A stretch of DNA of 64,000 bases from Fidelibacterota bacterium (lineage in GTDB: Bacteria; Fidelibacterota; JAANXI01): positions 92,332-156,331 of the forward strand of contig JAIPJS010000003.1 of NCBI GenBank assembly GCA_021734025.1. Direction: 5' to 3'. Position numbers and translations under genes: made by a program. The notes under the pieces are model-generated. The model was not told the DNA's origin. It saw only the letters and a list, made by a program, of their open reading frames with translations, and did no database searches. Shown one piece after another: positions 39,284 through 50,714 of the stretch (position 1 is its first letter; each line of letters starts with the position of its first letter).

Positions 39284-42136
39284 ATGCATAAGTTAAAGTT
39301 ATTTCTCAGTATAATGCTGTTACTGTCTTTTGTCGGCTGCGCAGGTACGAACCAGCAACAGTCTAAAAGCGATACAGCGACGGATACGGGAGAATCCGCC
39401 TATGCCCTGGATCAGGAGTTGCCTGTTGGACCGCATGTTGAAAAGGGGCAGTTTGCCAATGGGCTGACCTATTACATCCGAAAAAACTCCCGGCCAGAGA
39501 ATCGGATGGAGCTGCGCCTGGTTGTGAATGCCGGTTCAATCCTGGAAGACGAAAATCAACAGGGTTTGGCACATTTCACTGAGCATATGGCGTTCAACGG
39601 GACGGAGCACTTTGAGAAACAGGAACTGGTGAATTATCTGGAGTCCATCGGGATGCGGTTTGGTCCGGATATTAATGCGTATACCAGTTTCGACGAAACC
39701 GTCTATATGCTACAGCTACCGACAGACAGTGCTTCGGTCATGAAGGAGGGATTTCAGGTGCTGGAAGACTGGGCGCATGCATTAACATTTACTCATGAGG
39801 AAATAGACAAGGAGCGGGGCGTTGTGCAGGAAGAGTGGCGCCTCGGCCGTGGTGTACAGGCCAGGATACGGGAAGAACAGTACCCGATACTTTTTCACAA
39901 TTCCCGGTATGCGGAGCGGCTACCGATAGGTAAAAAGGCGGTACTCGACACCTTTCACTACGAGGCGCTTACCTCGTATTACAATACTTGGTACCGCCCG
40001 GAACTGATGGGCGTTGTTGCTATCGGGGATTTTGATCCTGGGCGAATACACACACTTATTGGAGAGCATTTTCAGTCGCTGGAACCAAAACCCGAAGCGC
40101 CGGAGCGAAAAATATATCAGGTTCCGGATCATGAGGAGACGCTTTTCGCCATCGCATCCGACCCGGAAGCCACGCAATCTGGCGTCTCCATTTATTACAA
40201 GCAGCCTGCAACACATGAAGAAACTGTGGCTGATTACCGGCAAGGCATCGTGGAGCGCCTGTACAACCAAATGTTCAACCAGCGGCTGTCTGAGTTGACG
40301 CAAACCGAAGATCCGCCATTCCTCAGTGGATATTCAGGGCAGGGACAGTTTGTCCGGTCTAAGGAGTTTTACTATCTCGGCGCCACGGTGGAAGATAATG
40401 GCCTACTGCGGGGATTTGAAACGCTGTTGACCGAAGCGGAGCGGGTGAGAAAGCACGGTTTTACAGCGACCGAGTTGGAGCGGGAAAAACAGTCGATTCT
40501 CCGGTCAATCGAACAGACGTACCGCGAACGCAACAAGACTAGATCGCGTCGATATGCCTCCGAGTATATCCGGAACTTCCTGTTTAATGAGCCAATCCCG
40601 GGAATCGAATATGAGTATGCCGTATACCGGGAATATGTCCCGACGATTAGCCTGGAGGAGGTGAACCAACTGGCGGAGGAGTGGATTACGGATAAAAATC
40701 GGGTGGTTATGACCGAATCGCCGGAAAAGGAAGGGAACCGTATTCCCGGTGAAGAAGATCTCCGTGGAATCATGCAAAAAGTTGCTGATAAAGACATCGT
40801 GGCGTACAAGGATGACGTCAAAGATCAACCGCTAATGGAAAAGGTGCCTGAACCCGCTGAGATTGTCGCCGATACCATCTACGAAGATGTCGGGGTGACG
40901 GAATGGACGCTGGCAAACGGAATCCGGGTTGCACTGAAACCGACGGATTTCAAGAATGACGAGGTGCGTTTCGCATCCTTTAGTTGGGGAGGAACTTCTC
41001 TTGTTCCGGACTCCAATCTGATTCCGGCAGAGACGGCGATAAGTATAATCGGACAAAGTGGAGTAGGTGACTTCAGCGAGATCCAGCTGGGTAAGCTGCT
41101 TTCGGATAAGGTCGTCAGCGTAAGTCCGTATATCGGTCAGCTCAGTGAAGGAATGTCCGGCAGCGCTTCCCCCGAAGATCTGGAGACCATGTTCCAACTG
41201 ATTTCTCTCTATTTTACCGAAATACGACGGGACAGTACGGCCTTTGCATCGTTCAAATCCCGGTATAAGGCCTATTATGCTAATCAGGGCGCCAACCCTG
41301 AGAGAGCCTATCAGGATACGTTAACTACCACTCTGACTCAGCATCACCCACGGTTCAAACCGTATACTGTGGAGACCTTTGAGCAAATGGATCTGGACAA
41401 GTCCATGCATATTTACCGCGAGCGCTTTGCCGATGCCGGGGAGTTTACCTTTGTATTCGTCGGGAATTTCAATCCTGATTCGCTCAAACCGCTGGTCAAA
41501 ACATATCTTGGTAGTCTCAAAGATTTACCAGGTGAAGAACAGTGGCGGGATGTGACCTATTCGTATCCGGACTCGGTTATTAAAAAGACAGTGAGAAAAG
41601 GGATTGAACCCAAAGCACGCACGGCCATCGCCTTTACGGGAATGGAAGATTGGACCCCGAAGAAAAGATATGTGGCTAGTGCGCTGACTGATTATCTGAG
41701 TATTAAACTCCGGGAAGTCGTCCGCGAGGATTTGGGCGGGACCTACGGTGTGTCAGTCAACGGTCGATTCCCGAGACTTCCCAGAGAAAGATATCGCATC
41801 CGGATATCGTTTGGAGCCGATCCCGAACGCATCCAGGAGTTAACTGACGTGGTATTTGCCCAGATTGACAGCCTGAAGGAGCATGGTGTTGGCAAAGAAT
41901 ACCTCCAAAAAATTACGGAGATTGACCTTAGAAACCACGAGACCAACCTGAAGGAAAACAGTTACTGGATGAATCAGATCAAGAATGCCTACTATTACGG
42001 AACGGATATGGGGAATATACTCACGTACCCGGATCTTGTGAATAGTATCACGACGGCTGACATTCAAAAAGCCGCGCAACGGTACCTCAATATGGATGAC
42101 TATGTACAGATAACTTTGCTACCTGAACAACAGTAA
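39284..42136 (+). CDS. pqqL: M16 family zinc protease lipoprotein (PqqL-like)
   Basis: Start MHKLKLF after GGAGA; lipobox FVGC; HFTEH zinc motif, NAYTSFDETVY, LREVVREDLGGTY. Confidence 0.9.
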   Translation: MHKLKLFLSIMLLLSFVGCAGTNQQQSKSDTATDTGESAYALDQELPVGPHVEKGQFANGLTYYIRKNSRPENRMELRLVVNAGSILEDENQQGLAHFTEHMAFNGTEHFEKQELVNYLESIGMRFGPDINAYTSFDETVYMLQLPTDSASVMKEGFQVLEDWAHALTFTHEEIDKERGVVQEEWRLGRGVQARIREEQYPILFHNSRYAERLPIGKKAVLDTFHYEALTSYYNTWYRPELMGVVAIGDFDPGRIHTLIGEHFQSLEPKPEAPERKIYQVPDHEETLFAIASDPEATQSGVSIYYKQPATHEETVADYRQGIVERLYNQMFNQRLSELTQTEDPPFLSGYSGQGQFVRSKEFYYLGATVEDNGLLRGFETLLTEAERVRKHGFTATELEREKQSILRSIEQTYRERNKTRSRRYASEYIRNFLFNEPIPGIEYEYAVYREYVPTISLEEVNQLAEEWITDKNRVVMTESPEKEGNRIPGEEDLRGIMQKVADKDIVAYKDDVKDQPLMEKVPEPAEIVADTIYEDVGVTEWTLANGIRVALKPTDFKNDEVRFASFSWGGTSLVPDSNLIPAETAISIIGQSGVGDFSEIQLGKLLSDKVVSVSPYIGQLSEGMSGSASPEDLETMFQLISLYFTEIRRDSTAFASFKSRYKAYYANQGANPERAYQDTLTTTLTQHHPRFKPYTVETFEQMDLDKSMHIYRERFADAGEFTFVFVGNFNPDSLKPLVKTYLGSLKDLPGEEQWRDVTYSYPDSVIKKTVRKGIEPKARTAIAFTGMEDWTPKKRYVASALTDYLSIKLREVVREDLGGTYGVSVNGRFPRLPRERYRIRISFGADPERIQELTDVVFAQIDSLKEHGVGKEYLQKITEIDLRNHETNLKENSYWMNQIKNAYYYGTDMGNILTYPDLVNSITTADIQKAAQRYLNMDDYVQITLLPEQQ

Positions 42137-42300
42137 CTGACTGGAGTATTGAGGTCTCATGTGTTGAAGTGGAAATGTGTGATGTGAAAATGACCAGGTA
42201 CAAAAATTGAGTTTTCAGTTTAGCCTCTATGCATTAAAAACAAGTCGATCACAGGAGGCATTAATCTATCTACCTACTCCTAATATAAATACGGTTTTTA

Positions 42301-42335
42301 CTTGAACACCTGAACACTCGAACACTATAACACTG
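42301..42335 (+). repeat. Octamer tandem array (CTYGAACA x4), facing an inverted degenerate copy at 42145-42170
   Basis: cttgaaca cctgaaca ctcgaaca ctataaca. Confidence 0.75.
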
Positions 42336-42338
42336 TAG

Positions 42339-43124
42339 TTATTCTCCCGACGGTACCAACCCAATCACATCCTGCATTGCCTGATGAATTTTCCCGTTGG
42401 ATGCCAGAATTTCGCCGTCGAATATGGTTGATCCCGAGCCATCGAATTTACTGACTGTGCCACCGGCTTCCTGCAGGATCAGCGTTCCAGCTGCTACATC
42501 CCAGGGATTTAGATCCAGTTCCCAGAATCCATCGAATCGCCCGGAAGCTACATAGCAGAGATCCAGTGCTGCCGATCCATCCCGCCGTACACCGTGACTT
42601 CGATAATAAAAGAGTTTGAAAAGCTCCATCGATTTGTACCATCGTTCAGAGACCTTGTACGGCAGTCCCGTGGAAAGCAGGGAGGAGGACAGTTTTTCCG
42701 TGGAGGATACCTGAATCGGTTCCTTGTTTAAAAATGCCCCCTGCCCCCTGATTGCCGAGTACAACTCACCATCTTTGGAATTATGGACAATGCCGATCAC
42801 CAGTTCACCGTTCTGCTCGACGGCAATGGAGACGGCATAATGTTGATACCCGTGTACGAAATTTGTGGTTCCGTCCAATGGATCGATAATCCATCGGGTT
42901 TCGGCATCGGATTGTTCAACGTCGCTTTCCTCAGCCAGAATGTCGTGATCGGGAAATGTCTCGTGGATGCTCTCCACAATGAGCCGTTCCGATGTTCGAT
43001 CCACGTCGGTGACCATATCCGCACGGCCCTTATAATCGATGGAACCAAGCTTTCCTGCGGATTTCTCGATGTGATCGCCGGCGACCTGGGCGGCGTTTAG
43101 TGCAACCTGAAAAAGTTCGTTCAT
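42339..43124 (-). CDS. suhB: Inositol monophosphatase
   Basis: ILAEE, WIIDPLDGTTNF, GSAALDL, LNPWDVAAG. Confidence 0.93.
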   Translation of the reverse strand: MNELFQVALNAAQVAGDHIEKSAGKLGSIDYKGRADMVTDVDRTSERLIVESIHETFPDHDILAEESDVEQSDAETRWIIDPLDGTTNFVHGYQHYAVSIAVEQNGELVIGIVHNSKDGELYSAIRGQGAFLNKEPIQVSSTEKLSSSLLSTGLPYKVSERWYKSMELFKLFYYRSHGVRRDGSAALDLCYVASGRFDGFWELDLNPWDVAAGTLILQEAGGTVSKFDGSGSTIFDGEILASNGKIHQAMQDVIGLVPSGE

Positions 43125-44779
43125 TACCGTATCTCCGGATGTTTGACGCTGGTGTACAATTTCGTCCAGTCGGCAACCTTGTTCACCAACCCCAATGTGG
43201 CCAGTAGATTCGGAATCGCCATCAGCGCCATGGCGATATCGGAAAATAGCCAGACCGTATTCAGTGTTAAAAGTGATCCTAAAAAGATAAAGATTACAAA
43301 GATGATTCGGTACGGCAGAATGCCCTTTCTGCCCACAATATATTCAATAGAACGGTCTCCGTAGTAAGACCATGCCAGCGCGGTAGAGAAAGCAAACAGG
43401 ATAACGCCGATGGAGACAATGTAGTTCCCCCAACGTCCGGGCAGTCCACGGCTGAAACCCTGTGCGGTGAGTTCGGCTCCGGTGAGTGCCACTTCTCCGG
43501 ACACAGCGAGATCTGCTGAAGGATCGGAGGAGACGATTTGACCCTCCTGTATGGTAATCGTCCCGGAAAAATCGGAATAATCAGTCAACTCATCCTGAGC
43601 AAGAAAAGAATAGTTGTCCACGGTGCCGGTTTCGTGATAGATGCTGAAGTCACCGCTGATTGCGCCGTCTTTGACGGTGATTGTCCCGGAATACGGCTCT
43701 TTGACCTGAAGGCTGTTCGGGGTGATTTCTCCGGCATAGACAGTGAGTTCAGAGAGATAAGCACCTTCCAGGATTTCATCAAATTTTTCTTGCCACACAC
43801 CGGTCGTTACCAGCACCAACCCGGTAAGCGTACAGATGATGAGTGTGTCGATGAACGGACCGATCATGGCGACTACACCTTCGCGCACGGATTCCTTGGT
43901 TTTGGCAGCAGCGTGTGCAATCGGCGCCGATCCCAGGCCCGCTTCATTGGAAAACAGACCGCGTTTGATTCCCCAGGTGAGGGTAACAATCCAGGCCGAG
44001 CCGAAGAATCCGCCCATCTGAGCGGTTGGCGTAAAGGCATTCTCAAATATTAAAATGATTGACGGAATGATATTCTGGTAATTCGCTGCGATAATAATTA
44101 CAGCACCGATGACATAGATCGCTGCCATAAAAGGCACCAAACGACTGGCCACGCGACCAATACGCCGAATTCCACCGACGATAACTACGCCGACTAATCC
44201 GGCCAAGACCAGTCCGGTAATAAATGGCGGTACGCCAAAATCACGATGTAGGGACACGGCGACCGTATTGGACTGTACCAGGTTGGGGATTCCTAGTGAT
44301 GTAATAAGGACCAGAGCGGCAAAGGTGATTCCCAGCGGTTTCCATGCGGCGCCCAGCCCGCGCTCAATGGAGTACATCGGGCCGCCGGACGCCGTGCCAT
44401 CGCCATGGATCGTCCGGTACTTGTGGCTCAGGGTACAGGTTGTAAATTTTGTCGCCATTCCGAAAAGCGCGGTAATCCACATCCAGAAGAGAACGCCGGG
44501 GCCGCCCCAGTGCACAGCGGTCGCCACACCGGCAATATTCCCGATTCCGATGGTAGCGGAAAGGGCGGCGGAAAGCGCCTCGAAATGATTGATGTCACCT
44601 TCGTCGTCTGGATTGTCGTAATGCCCGGCGATCACCCGCCACGCATGACGGAATAGCCGAAATTGCGGGAATCCGAGCCGAAAGGTCAGAAAAATGCCTG
44701 TGCCAACAAGGATAATCACCATCGGCCAGCCCCAGACGACACCCGATATCGAGTTCAGAATTGATTGCAATGCTTCCAT
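43124..44779 (-). CDS. Alanine/glycine:cation symporter (AGCS/AlsT) with periplasmic insertion
   Basis: ATIGIGNIAGVA, GGPGVLFWMW, GGPMY, RGLFSNEAGLGSAP, FIDTLIIC. Confidence 0.92.
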   Translation of the reverse strand: MEALQSILNSISGVVWGWPMVIILVGTGIFLTFRLGFPQFRLFRHAWRVIAGHYDNPDDEGDINHFEALSAALSATIGIGNIAGVATAVHWGGPGVLFWMWITALFGMATKFTTCTLSHKYRTIHGDGTASGGPMYSIERGLGAAWKPLGITFAALVLITSLGIPNLVQSNTVAVSLHRDFGVPPFITGLVLAGLVGVVIVGGIRRIGRVASRLVPFMAAIYVIGAVIIIAANYQNIIPSIILIFENAFTPTAQMGGFFGSAWIVTLTWGIKRGLFSNEAGLGSAPIAHAAAKTKESVREGVVAMIGPFIDTLIICTLTGLVLVTTGVWQEKFDEILEGAYLSELTVYAGEITPNSLQVKEPYSGTITVKDGAISGDFSIYHETGTVDNYSFLAQDELTDYSDFSGTITIQEGQIVSSDPSADLAVSGEVALTGAELTAQGFSRGLPGRWGNYIVSIGVILFAFSTALAWSYYGDRSIEYIVGRKGILPYRIIFVIFIFLGSLLTLNTVWLFSDIAMALMAIPNLLATLGLVNKVADWTKLYTSVKHPEIR

Positions 44780-44961
44780 GTATGTGCTCCTCTGAAGACA
44801 GTATTCAAGTGTTAATGTGTTACCCCATGTTATAGTGAAAAATTATCACGAGTCGCGGGTCTTTCTAACGTTTTCCACCTTCAATTCTATCTATATGCAA
44901 GTTTCAGGTATCCACTTTTTCCGGTTTCCTTCGTCGCGGTGGACTCCGATCGCATTCTTTT

Positions 44962-44989
44962 CGCAATACGTAATGCGCAGTACGCAATA
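44962..44989. repeat. Heptamer tandem array CG(C/T)A(A/G)T(A/G) x4
   Basis: cgcaata cgtaatg cgcagta cgcaata. Confidence 0.7.
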
Positions 44990-45132
44990 CTCGCATTGCT
45001 TCAGAGAAATCTGGTTTTGTTCTCTAAAATCCCACAAGGCTTCAGTGGGATATAATGTTGAATATGAAGACGAAAATTAACACCGGGCTTTCTCAGAATC
45101 AACTAAGTGTCCGGCACTCTGCCACGCTAATT

Positions 45133-45181
45133 TTGAAATTGTGGCAATTGGTCGGTATAATATTCCTGAACATTCAGGAAT
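45133..45181 (+). promoter_or_regulatory. osmC promoter TTGAAA-N17-TATAAT with perfect 9-2-9 palindrome ATTCCTGAA-CA-TTCAGGAAT (45162-45181)
   Basis: Spacing and palindrome counted directly. Confidence 0.75.
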
Positions 45182-45210
45182 CAATGTAACGTAAATCAAG
45201 GAGGTTTATA

Positions 45211-45639
45211 ATGGCGAAACGAACAGGCTCTGCACAGTGGAAAGGCGGTCTGCAGGACGGGACCGGTACAGTCAGCACAGAAACCGGTGTATTGGACAAC
45301 ACTCCATACTCCTTTACGTCCAGATTTGAAGAAGGCAAAGGATCCAATCCGGAGGAGCTTATCGGAGCCGCGCACGCGGGGTGCTATTCAATGGCGCTCT
45401 CTGCAGAACTCGGCGAAGACGGATATACGCCGAATTCCATCGATACCACTGATAAAGTTCATCTGGTAAAGAAGAATGACGGCTTTGCTATCTCAAAAAT
45501 CGAAATTCATACCGAAGCGGACATTCCGAATATTGATGAAAATACATTTTTAAAATATGCCGAGGCGGCAAAAAAGGGCTGCCCGGTTTCCAAAGCACTA
45601 GCCGGCGTCGAATTTGAGCTCCATGCTACGCTGAAATAA
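45211..45639 (+). CDS. osmC: OsmC peroxiredoxin
   Basis: SRFE, NPEELIGAAHAGC, AKKGCPVSKAL; SD AAGGAGG. Confidence 0.95.
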   Translation: MAKRTGSAQWKGGLQDGTGTVSTETGVLDNTPYSFTSRFEEGKGSNPEELIGAAHAGCYSMALSAELGEDGYTPNSIDTTDKVHLVKKNDGFAISKIEIHTEADIPNIDENTFLKYAEAAKKGCPVSKALAGVEFELHATLK

Positions 45640-45655
45640 AAGAAGAGCTTTGTCG

Positions 45656-45690
45656 AGCGGGGTTCTCGGAATGAGGATCCCGCTTTTTTT
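45656..45690 (+). terminator. Rho-independent terminator after osmC
   Basis: AGCGGGGTTCTC-GGAAT-GAGGATCCCGCT followed by T-tract. Confidence 0.85.
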
Positions 45691-45783
45691 ATTCCTCAGA
45701 ACGGCTCTACCACAATTGCATAAAAATTCATTGTGATGGCAATTTTACACCATGAATAGCCCAATGAAGGAGGTAATATATTC

Positions 45784-46419
45784 ATGTCAGAACCGTCTGC
45801 ACGAGCTCAAGTGGTTGAAACTGTCGCTCCGGCCATTCTCCACTGGACACTTGAGGATGATCGAATCCATAACCGGAGCGATTCGTATGCAATCGAAACG
45901 CCGGATGGCAATGTATTAATAGACCCGCTGCCACTGAAAGAGTCTGCGCTCGGCGACCTCGGAGAAATTCGTGCTATCTGTCTGACAGGGAGATTTCATC
46001 AGCGTGCCGCCTGGCGGTACCAGGAACACTTTAGCGTTCCGGTATACGCTCCGAAAAACGGTAAAGGATATGAGGGGGAACCAGACCACCTCTACGAATC
46101 CGGAGATATGCTTCCGGGGAATCTCAAGGTTGTACACGCGCCGGGGCCGACGGATGCTCATTATAATTTTTACTATACGAGTGATAATTTGAAGGCCATG
46201 TTTATTGCTGATCTGCTTATTCGGAGATCTGCGGATAACATCTTCAGGTTCGTTCCGGGCCAGTTCATGGACAATCCGGATCTCACCAGAGAAAGCGCCA
46301 GGAATCTGCTCAACTACGATATCGATTTACTCTGTCCCAACCATGGCGCAGTCCAAAAAGGGAATGTTCACCAAGTCATCAGGGAGGCACTTGAACACGA
46401 CCTGGAAAAGGGGCAATAG
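45784..46419 (+). CDS. Metallo-beta-lactamase-fold protein, degenerate metal site
   Basis: VLIDP, LTGRFHQR (for THxHxDH), APGPT (for PGHT), IADLL, PNHG. Confidence 0.7.
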   Translation: MSEPSARAQVVETVAPAILHWTLEDDRIHNRSDSYAIETPDGNVLIDPLPLKESALGDLGEIRAICLTGRFHQRAAWRYQEHFSVPVYAPKNGKGYEGEPDHLYESGDMLPGNLKVVHAPGPTDAHYNFYYTSDNLKAMFIADLLIRRSADNIFRFVPGQFMDNPDLTRESARNLLNYDIDLLCPNHGAVQKGNVHQVIREALEHDLEKGQ

Positions 46420-46480
46420 GTAAAAAGAGGGGATGTCGGAATTTTACATTCCGTCTATTTCTCGATTTTGCGTTTTTACC

Positions 46481-46509
46481 TTGATATGTAAAAGGCGGTC
46501 GAATAAATT
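46481..46509 (+). promoter_or_regulatory. Sigma70 promoter for hutH-guaB
   Basis: TTGATA-N17-TAAATT. Confidence 0.55.
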
Positions 46510-46536
46510 TGTAAAATTTAAACGAAGGCCGCATGC

Positions 46537-48063
46537 ATGGATCGTTTGATTCTCGACGGTAACAGTTTATCCCTCGAACAATGTTCCGATTTCCTTGCCT
46601 TCAACTCGCCTGTGACTATTGAGGACACCGCCATCCACCGGATGGAACAATCCCGGGAGGTTGTGGAGCAGGCAATTGCCTCCGGAAAAACCGTCTACGG
46701 GGTTAATACCGGATTCGGTAAGCTGTCGGACGTTCGGATTGACAATGACAAACTTGAGCAGCTCCAGGCGAATTTGGTCCGGAGCCACGCGGCCGGTGTC
46801 GGCGATCCGATAGGCGATGATATTGTTCGCTTAATCCTATTATTTAAGATTAATGCTCTTGCCAAGGGAAATTCTGGCTGCAGGGCGTTAATCGCCGAAA
46901 CGCTGGCCGAGGTGTTGAATGCCGGTATCCTGCCAGTTATTCCGGCACAAGGCTCCGTTGGCGCAAGCGGAGACCTGGCTCCTCTGTCTCACCTTGCATT
47001 AACTCTTATGGGGGAAGGGATTGTCCAGTATCGCGGTAAAAAAATACCTGCTATGTTTGCACTTAAGCAGGAAGGAGTCGAACCGGTCACATTGAAGGCC
47101 AAAGAGGGGTTGGCGATTCTGAACGGAACACAGGTCTCCCTGGCGCTTGGTGTGGAGGCGCTTCTTCGGCTCGACAATCTGGTGAAGGCAGCAGATATCA
47201 TTGGGGCGATGAGCGTAGAGACACTCCAGGGAACTGATCAGCCTTTTCGGGCAGACGTTCAGGAAATCCGGGCTCAGGATGGACAGGTCGCCAGCGCCAA
47301 AAATCTTTACTCACTATTGCAGGACAGCGAAATACATGACCATCACCGGGATTGCGGGAAGGTACAGGATATGTACAGTCTGCGATGTATGCCCCAGGTA
47401 CATGGTGCGTGCAGAAATGCACTGGAATATGCTCGCCCGGTGTTGAGCAGGGAAATGAACTCCTCGACGGACAATCCCATCGTGTTCCCGGAATCGGGCG
47501 AAATTGTGTCCGGCGGGAACTTCAATGCAGAACCAGTGGGGATGGTGCTGGATTCACTTTCAGTTGCGGCAGCAGAACTCGCAAGCATTTCCGAGCGTCG
47601 AATCGCCTCGATGATGGATCCGCAGATGAGCCAGATGCCACCATTCCTCACGGAAAACAGCGGATTGCAGTCAGGGTATATGCTGCCACAAATTACGGCG
47701 GCCTCGCTTGTCTCCGAAAATAAGGTGCTGGCGCATCCGGCGTCCGTCGATTCCATTCCGACATCCGCAAATCAGGAAGATCATGTCTCAATGGCCCCGC
47801 ATGCCGGCAGAAAGTTACGTGATATTACCGCAAACGTTGAGAATGTGTTCGCCATTGAATGGCTCTGTGCTGCCCAGGGATTAGATTTGAAGAAACCACT
47901 GACTCCGGCAAAATCCTTGCAGCCGGCATACAGACTGATCAGGGAGCATGTCCCTCCATGGGAAGGAGACAGAAGCCACGAAAAAGATATTCATGTGGCT
48001 GCACGGCTTATAAAAATGGGAATGCTCGTTAAGAGCGTTTCAGAAACACATCCCTTAAAATGA
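46537..48063 (+). CDS. hutH: Histidine ammonia-lyase
   Basis: YGVNTGFG, RSH, GASGDLAPL (MIO), YSLRC.PQVHG, NQEDHVSM. Confidence 0.93.
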   Translation: MDRLILDGNSLSLEQCSDFLAFNSPVTIEDTAIHRMEQSREVVEQAIASGKTVYGVNTGFGKLSDVRIDNDKLEQLQANLVRSHAAGVGDPIGDDIVRLILLFKINALAKGNSGCRALIAETLAEVLNAGILPVIPAQGSVGASGDLAPLSHLALTLMGEGIVQYRGKKIPAMFALKQEGVEPVTLKAKEGLAILNGTQVSLALGVEALLRLDNLVKAADIIGAMSVETLQGTDQPFRADVQEIRAQDGQVASAKNLYSLLQDSEIHDHHRDCGKVQDMYSLRCMPQVHGACRNALEYARPVLSREMNSSTDNPIVFPESGEIVSGGNFNAEPVGMVLDSLSVAAAELASISERRIASMMDPQMSQMPPFLTENSGLQSGYMLPQITAASLVSENKVLAHPASVDSIPTSANQEDHVSMAPHAGRKLRDITANVENVFAIEWLCAAQGLDLKKPLTPAKSLQPAYRLIREHVPPWEGDRSHEKDIHVAARLIKMGMLVKSVSETHPLK

Positions 48064-48099
48064 AATCCAGATATGACGATAACAATCAGCAAAAGGTAA

Positions 48100-49581
<1,482 letters not shown>

Positions 49582-49589
49582 CGGGAGAT

Positions 49590-49618
49590 AAAAAAAGGGC
49601 AGCAACCGGGCTGCCCTT
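49590..49618 (-). terminator. Terminator between convergent guaB and rpsT
   Basis: A7-GGGCAGC-AACCGG-GCTGCCC-TT. Confidence 0.8.
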
Positions 49619-49649
49619 GCAGAATAAATTCTTCCAAAGGAAGTGAATG

Positions 49650-49901
49650 CTACAGACTATTCACGTGCTTAGTTATTTTGCTCTTTTCCCTGGCGGCCTT
49701 GTTTTTATGAATGATACCCTTGGAAGCCACCTTATCGATAGTGGAAACCGCGTCCTGGTATAACGATTCGGCCGTTTCCTTATCGCTGGCATTCATCACT
49801 TTTTTTACGGCCGACCGCACCTTGGTTTTGTAGTGCAGATTATGCTTCCGGCGCTTTTCGGCCTGTCTGACTCGCTTCTTTCCGGATTTTGTTATTGGCA
49901 T
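49650..49901 (-). CDS. rpsT: 30S ribosomal protein S20
   Basis: KSGKKRVRQ, KGIIHKNKAAR.KS. Confidence 0.96.
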   Translation of the reverse strand: MPITKSGKKRVRQAEKRRKHNLHYKTKVRSAVKKVMNASDKETAESLYQDAVSTIDKVASKGIIHKNKAAREKSKITKHVNSL

Positions 49902-49939
49902 GTGACTCCTTATCCATTGCTATTATTTTAAATCGAATT

Positions 49940-49968
49940 AATTTATACGGCCGAGCCAGCAAAGTCAA
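49940..49968 (-). promoter_or_regulatory. Sigma70 promoter of rpsT
   Basis: TTGACT-N17-TAAATT on minus strand. Confidence 0.65.
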
Positions 49969-50003
49969 CTCTCCTTTAACATAAACCCCAATGTGTACTT
50001 ATA

Positions 50004-50690
50004 ATGTTCATTCTCTGGACAATGTTAGCGATATTTCTGGTGATATTACTCCTCCCGGTGAAGTTTTCCGCGGAATGGAATCGTGAAAATCCGGAAGACT
50101 CCCATACGTTAGAATTTCGGATTTCGTGGATGGCAATTCTGCAATTTTACGGGACGGTTGATAGTCTGTCCGGGCAGGATTTCTCGCTGAGAATCTTTGG
50201 GTATTTAAAATCTCTGGAAAAAGAGTTGCCCAGGGAAGAGGATAGTGTTGACGAGGCGGAGGAGCCGGAAGAACCACGGAAGCCACTACAAAAAAATCTG
50301 CGAAAAAAATATATTAAATTCCGAAAGTATTTCGGCATCGCCGAGGTGAAAAAAGTTCTGCGCCTTGTCCCGGATCAAATCTGGCATTTTTTGCATATTA
50401 AACAACCGGAGGTAGCAGTGGTATTCGGAGTCGGCGAACCCCACAAAACAGGACTCATCATGGGCTTAATTCACAGCTCGGGAATCTTGCGAAAGATAAA
50501 CGGGACAATTACTCCGGATTTTCTCGCTGAGACTATGTACGGGAATGTCAGATTCCGCGGATGGATAATCCCCGGAGAGATAATTGGAAGACTGGTTTTG
50601 ATTGTTTTTACTGTAATTTCACTTGGCATTCGACATCGAATTGGCGTAATATTTTACAGTTCGCGACAAAAAGGAATATCGGCTACATAA
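50004..50690 (+). CDS. DUF2953 (YtfI-like) membrane-anchored protein
   Basis: N-terminal TM then PVK; FGVGEPHKTG, ITPDF motifs; directly upstream of YtfJ. Confidence 0.7.
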   Translation: MFILWTMLAIFLVILLLPVKFSAEWNRENPEDSHTLEFRISWMAILQFYGTVDSLSGQDFSLRIFGYLKSLEKELPREEDSVDEAEEPEEPRKPLQKNLRKKYIKFRKYFGIAEVKKVLRLVPDQIWHFLHIKQPEVAVVFGVGEPHKTGLIMGLIHSSGILRKINGTITPDFLAETMYGNVRFRGWIIPGEIIGRLVLIVFTVISLGIRHRIGVIFYSSRQKGISAT

Positions 50691-50714
50691 ATCGGACAAC
50701 GAGGAGATGAAAGT

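Noticed and set aside
47512-47535. HutH GGNFNAEP instead of GGNFH
   Set aside because: Single substitution with the MIO and other catalytic motifs intact; not enough to claim altered function
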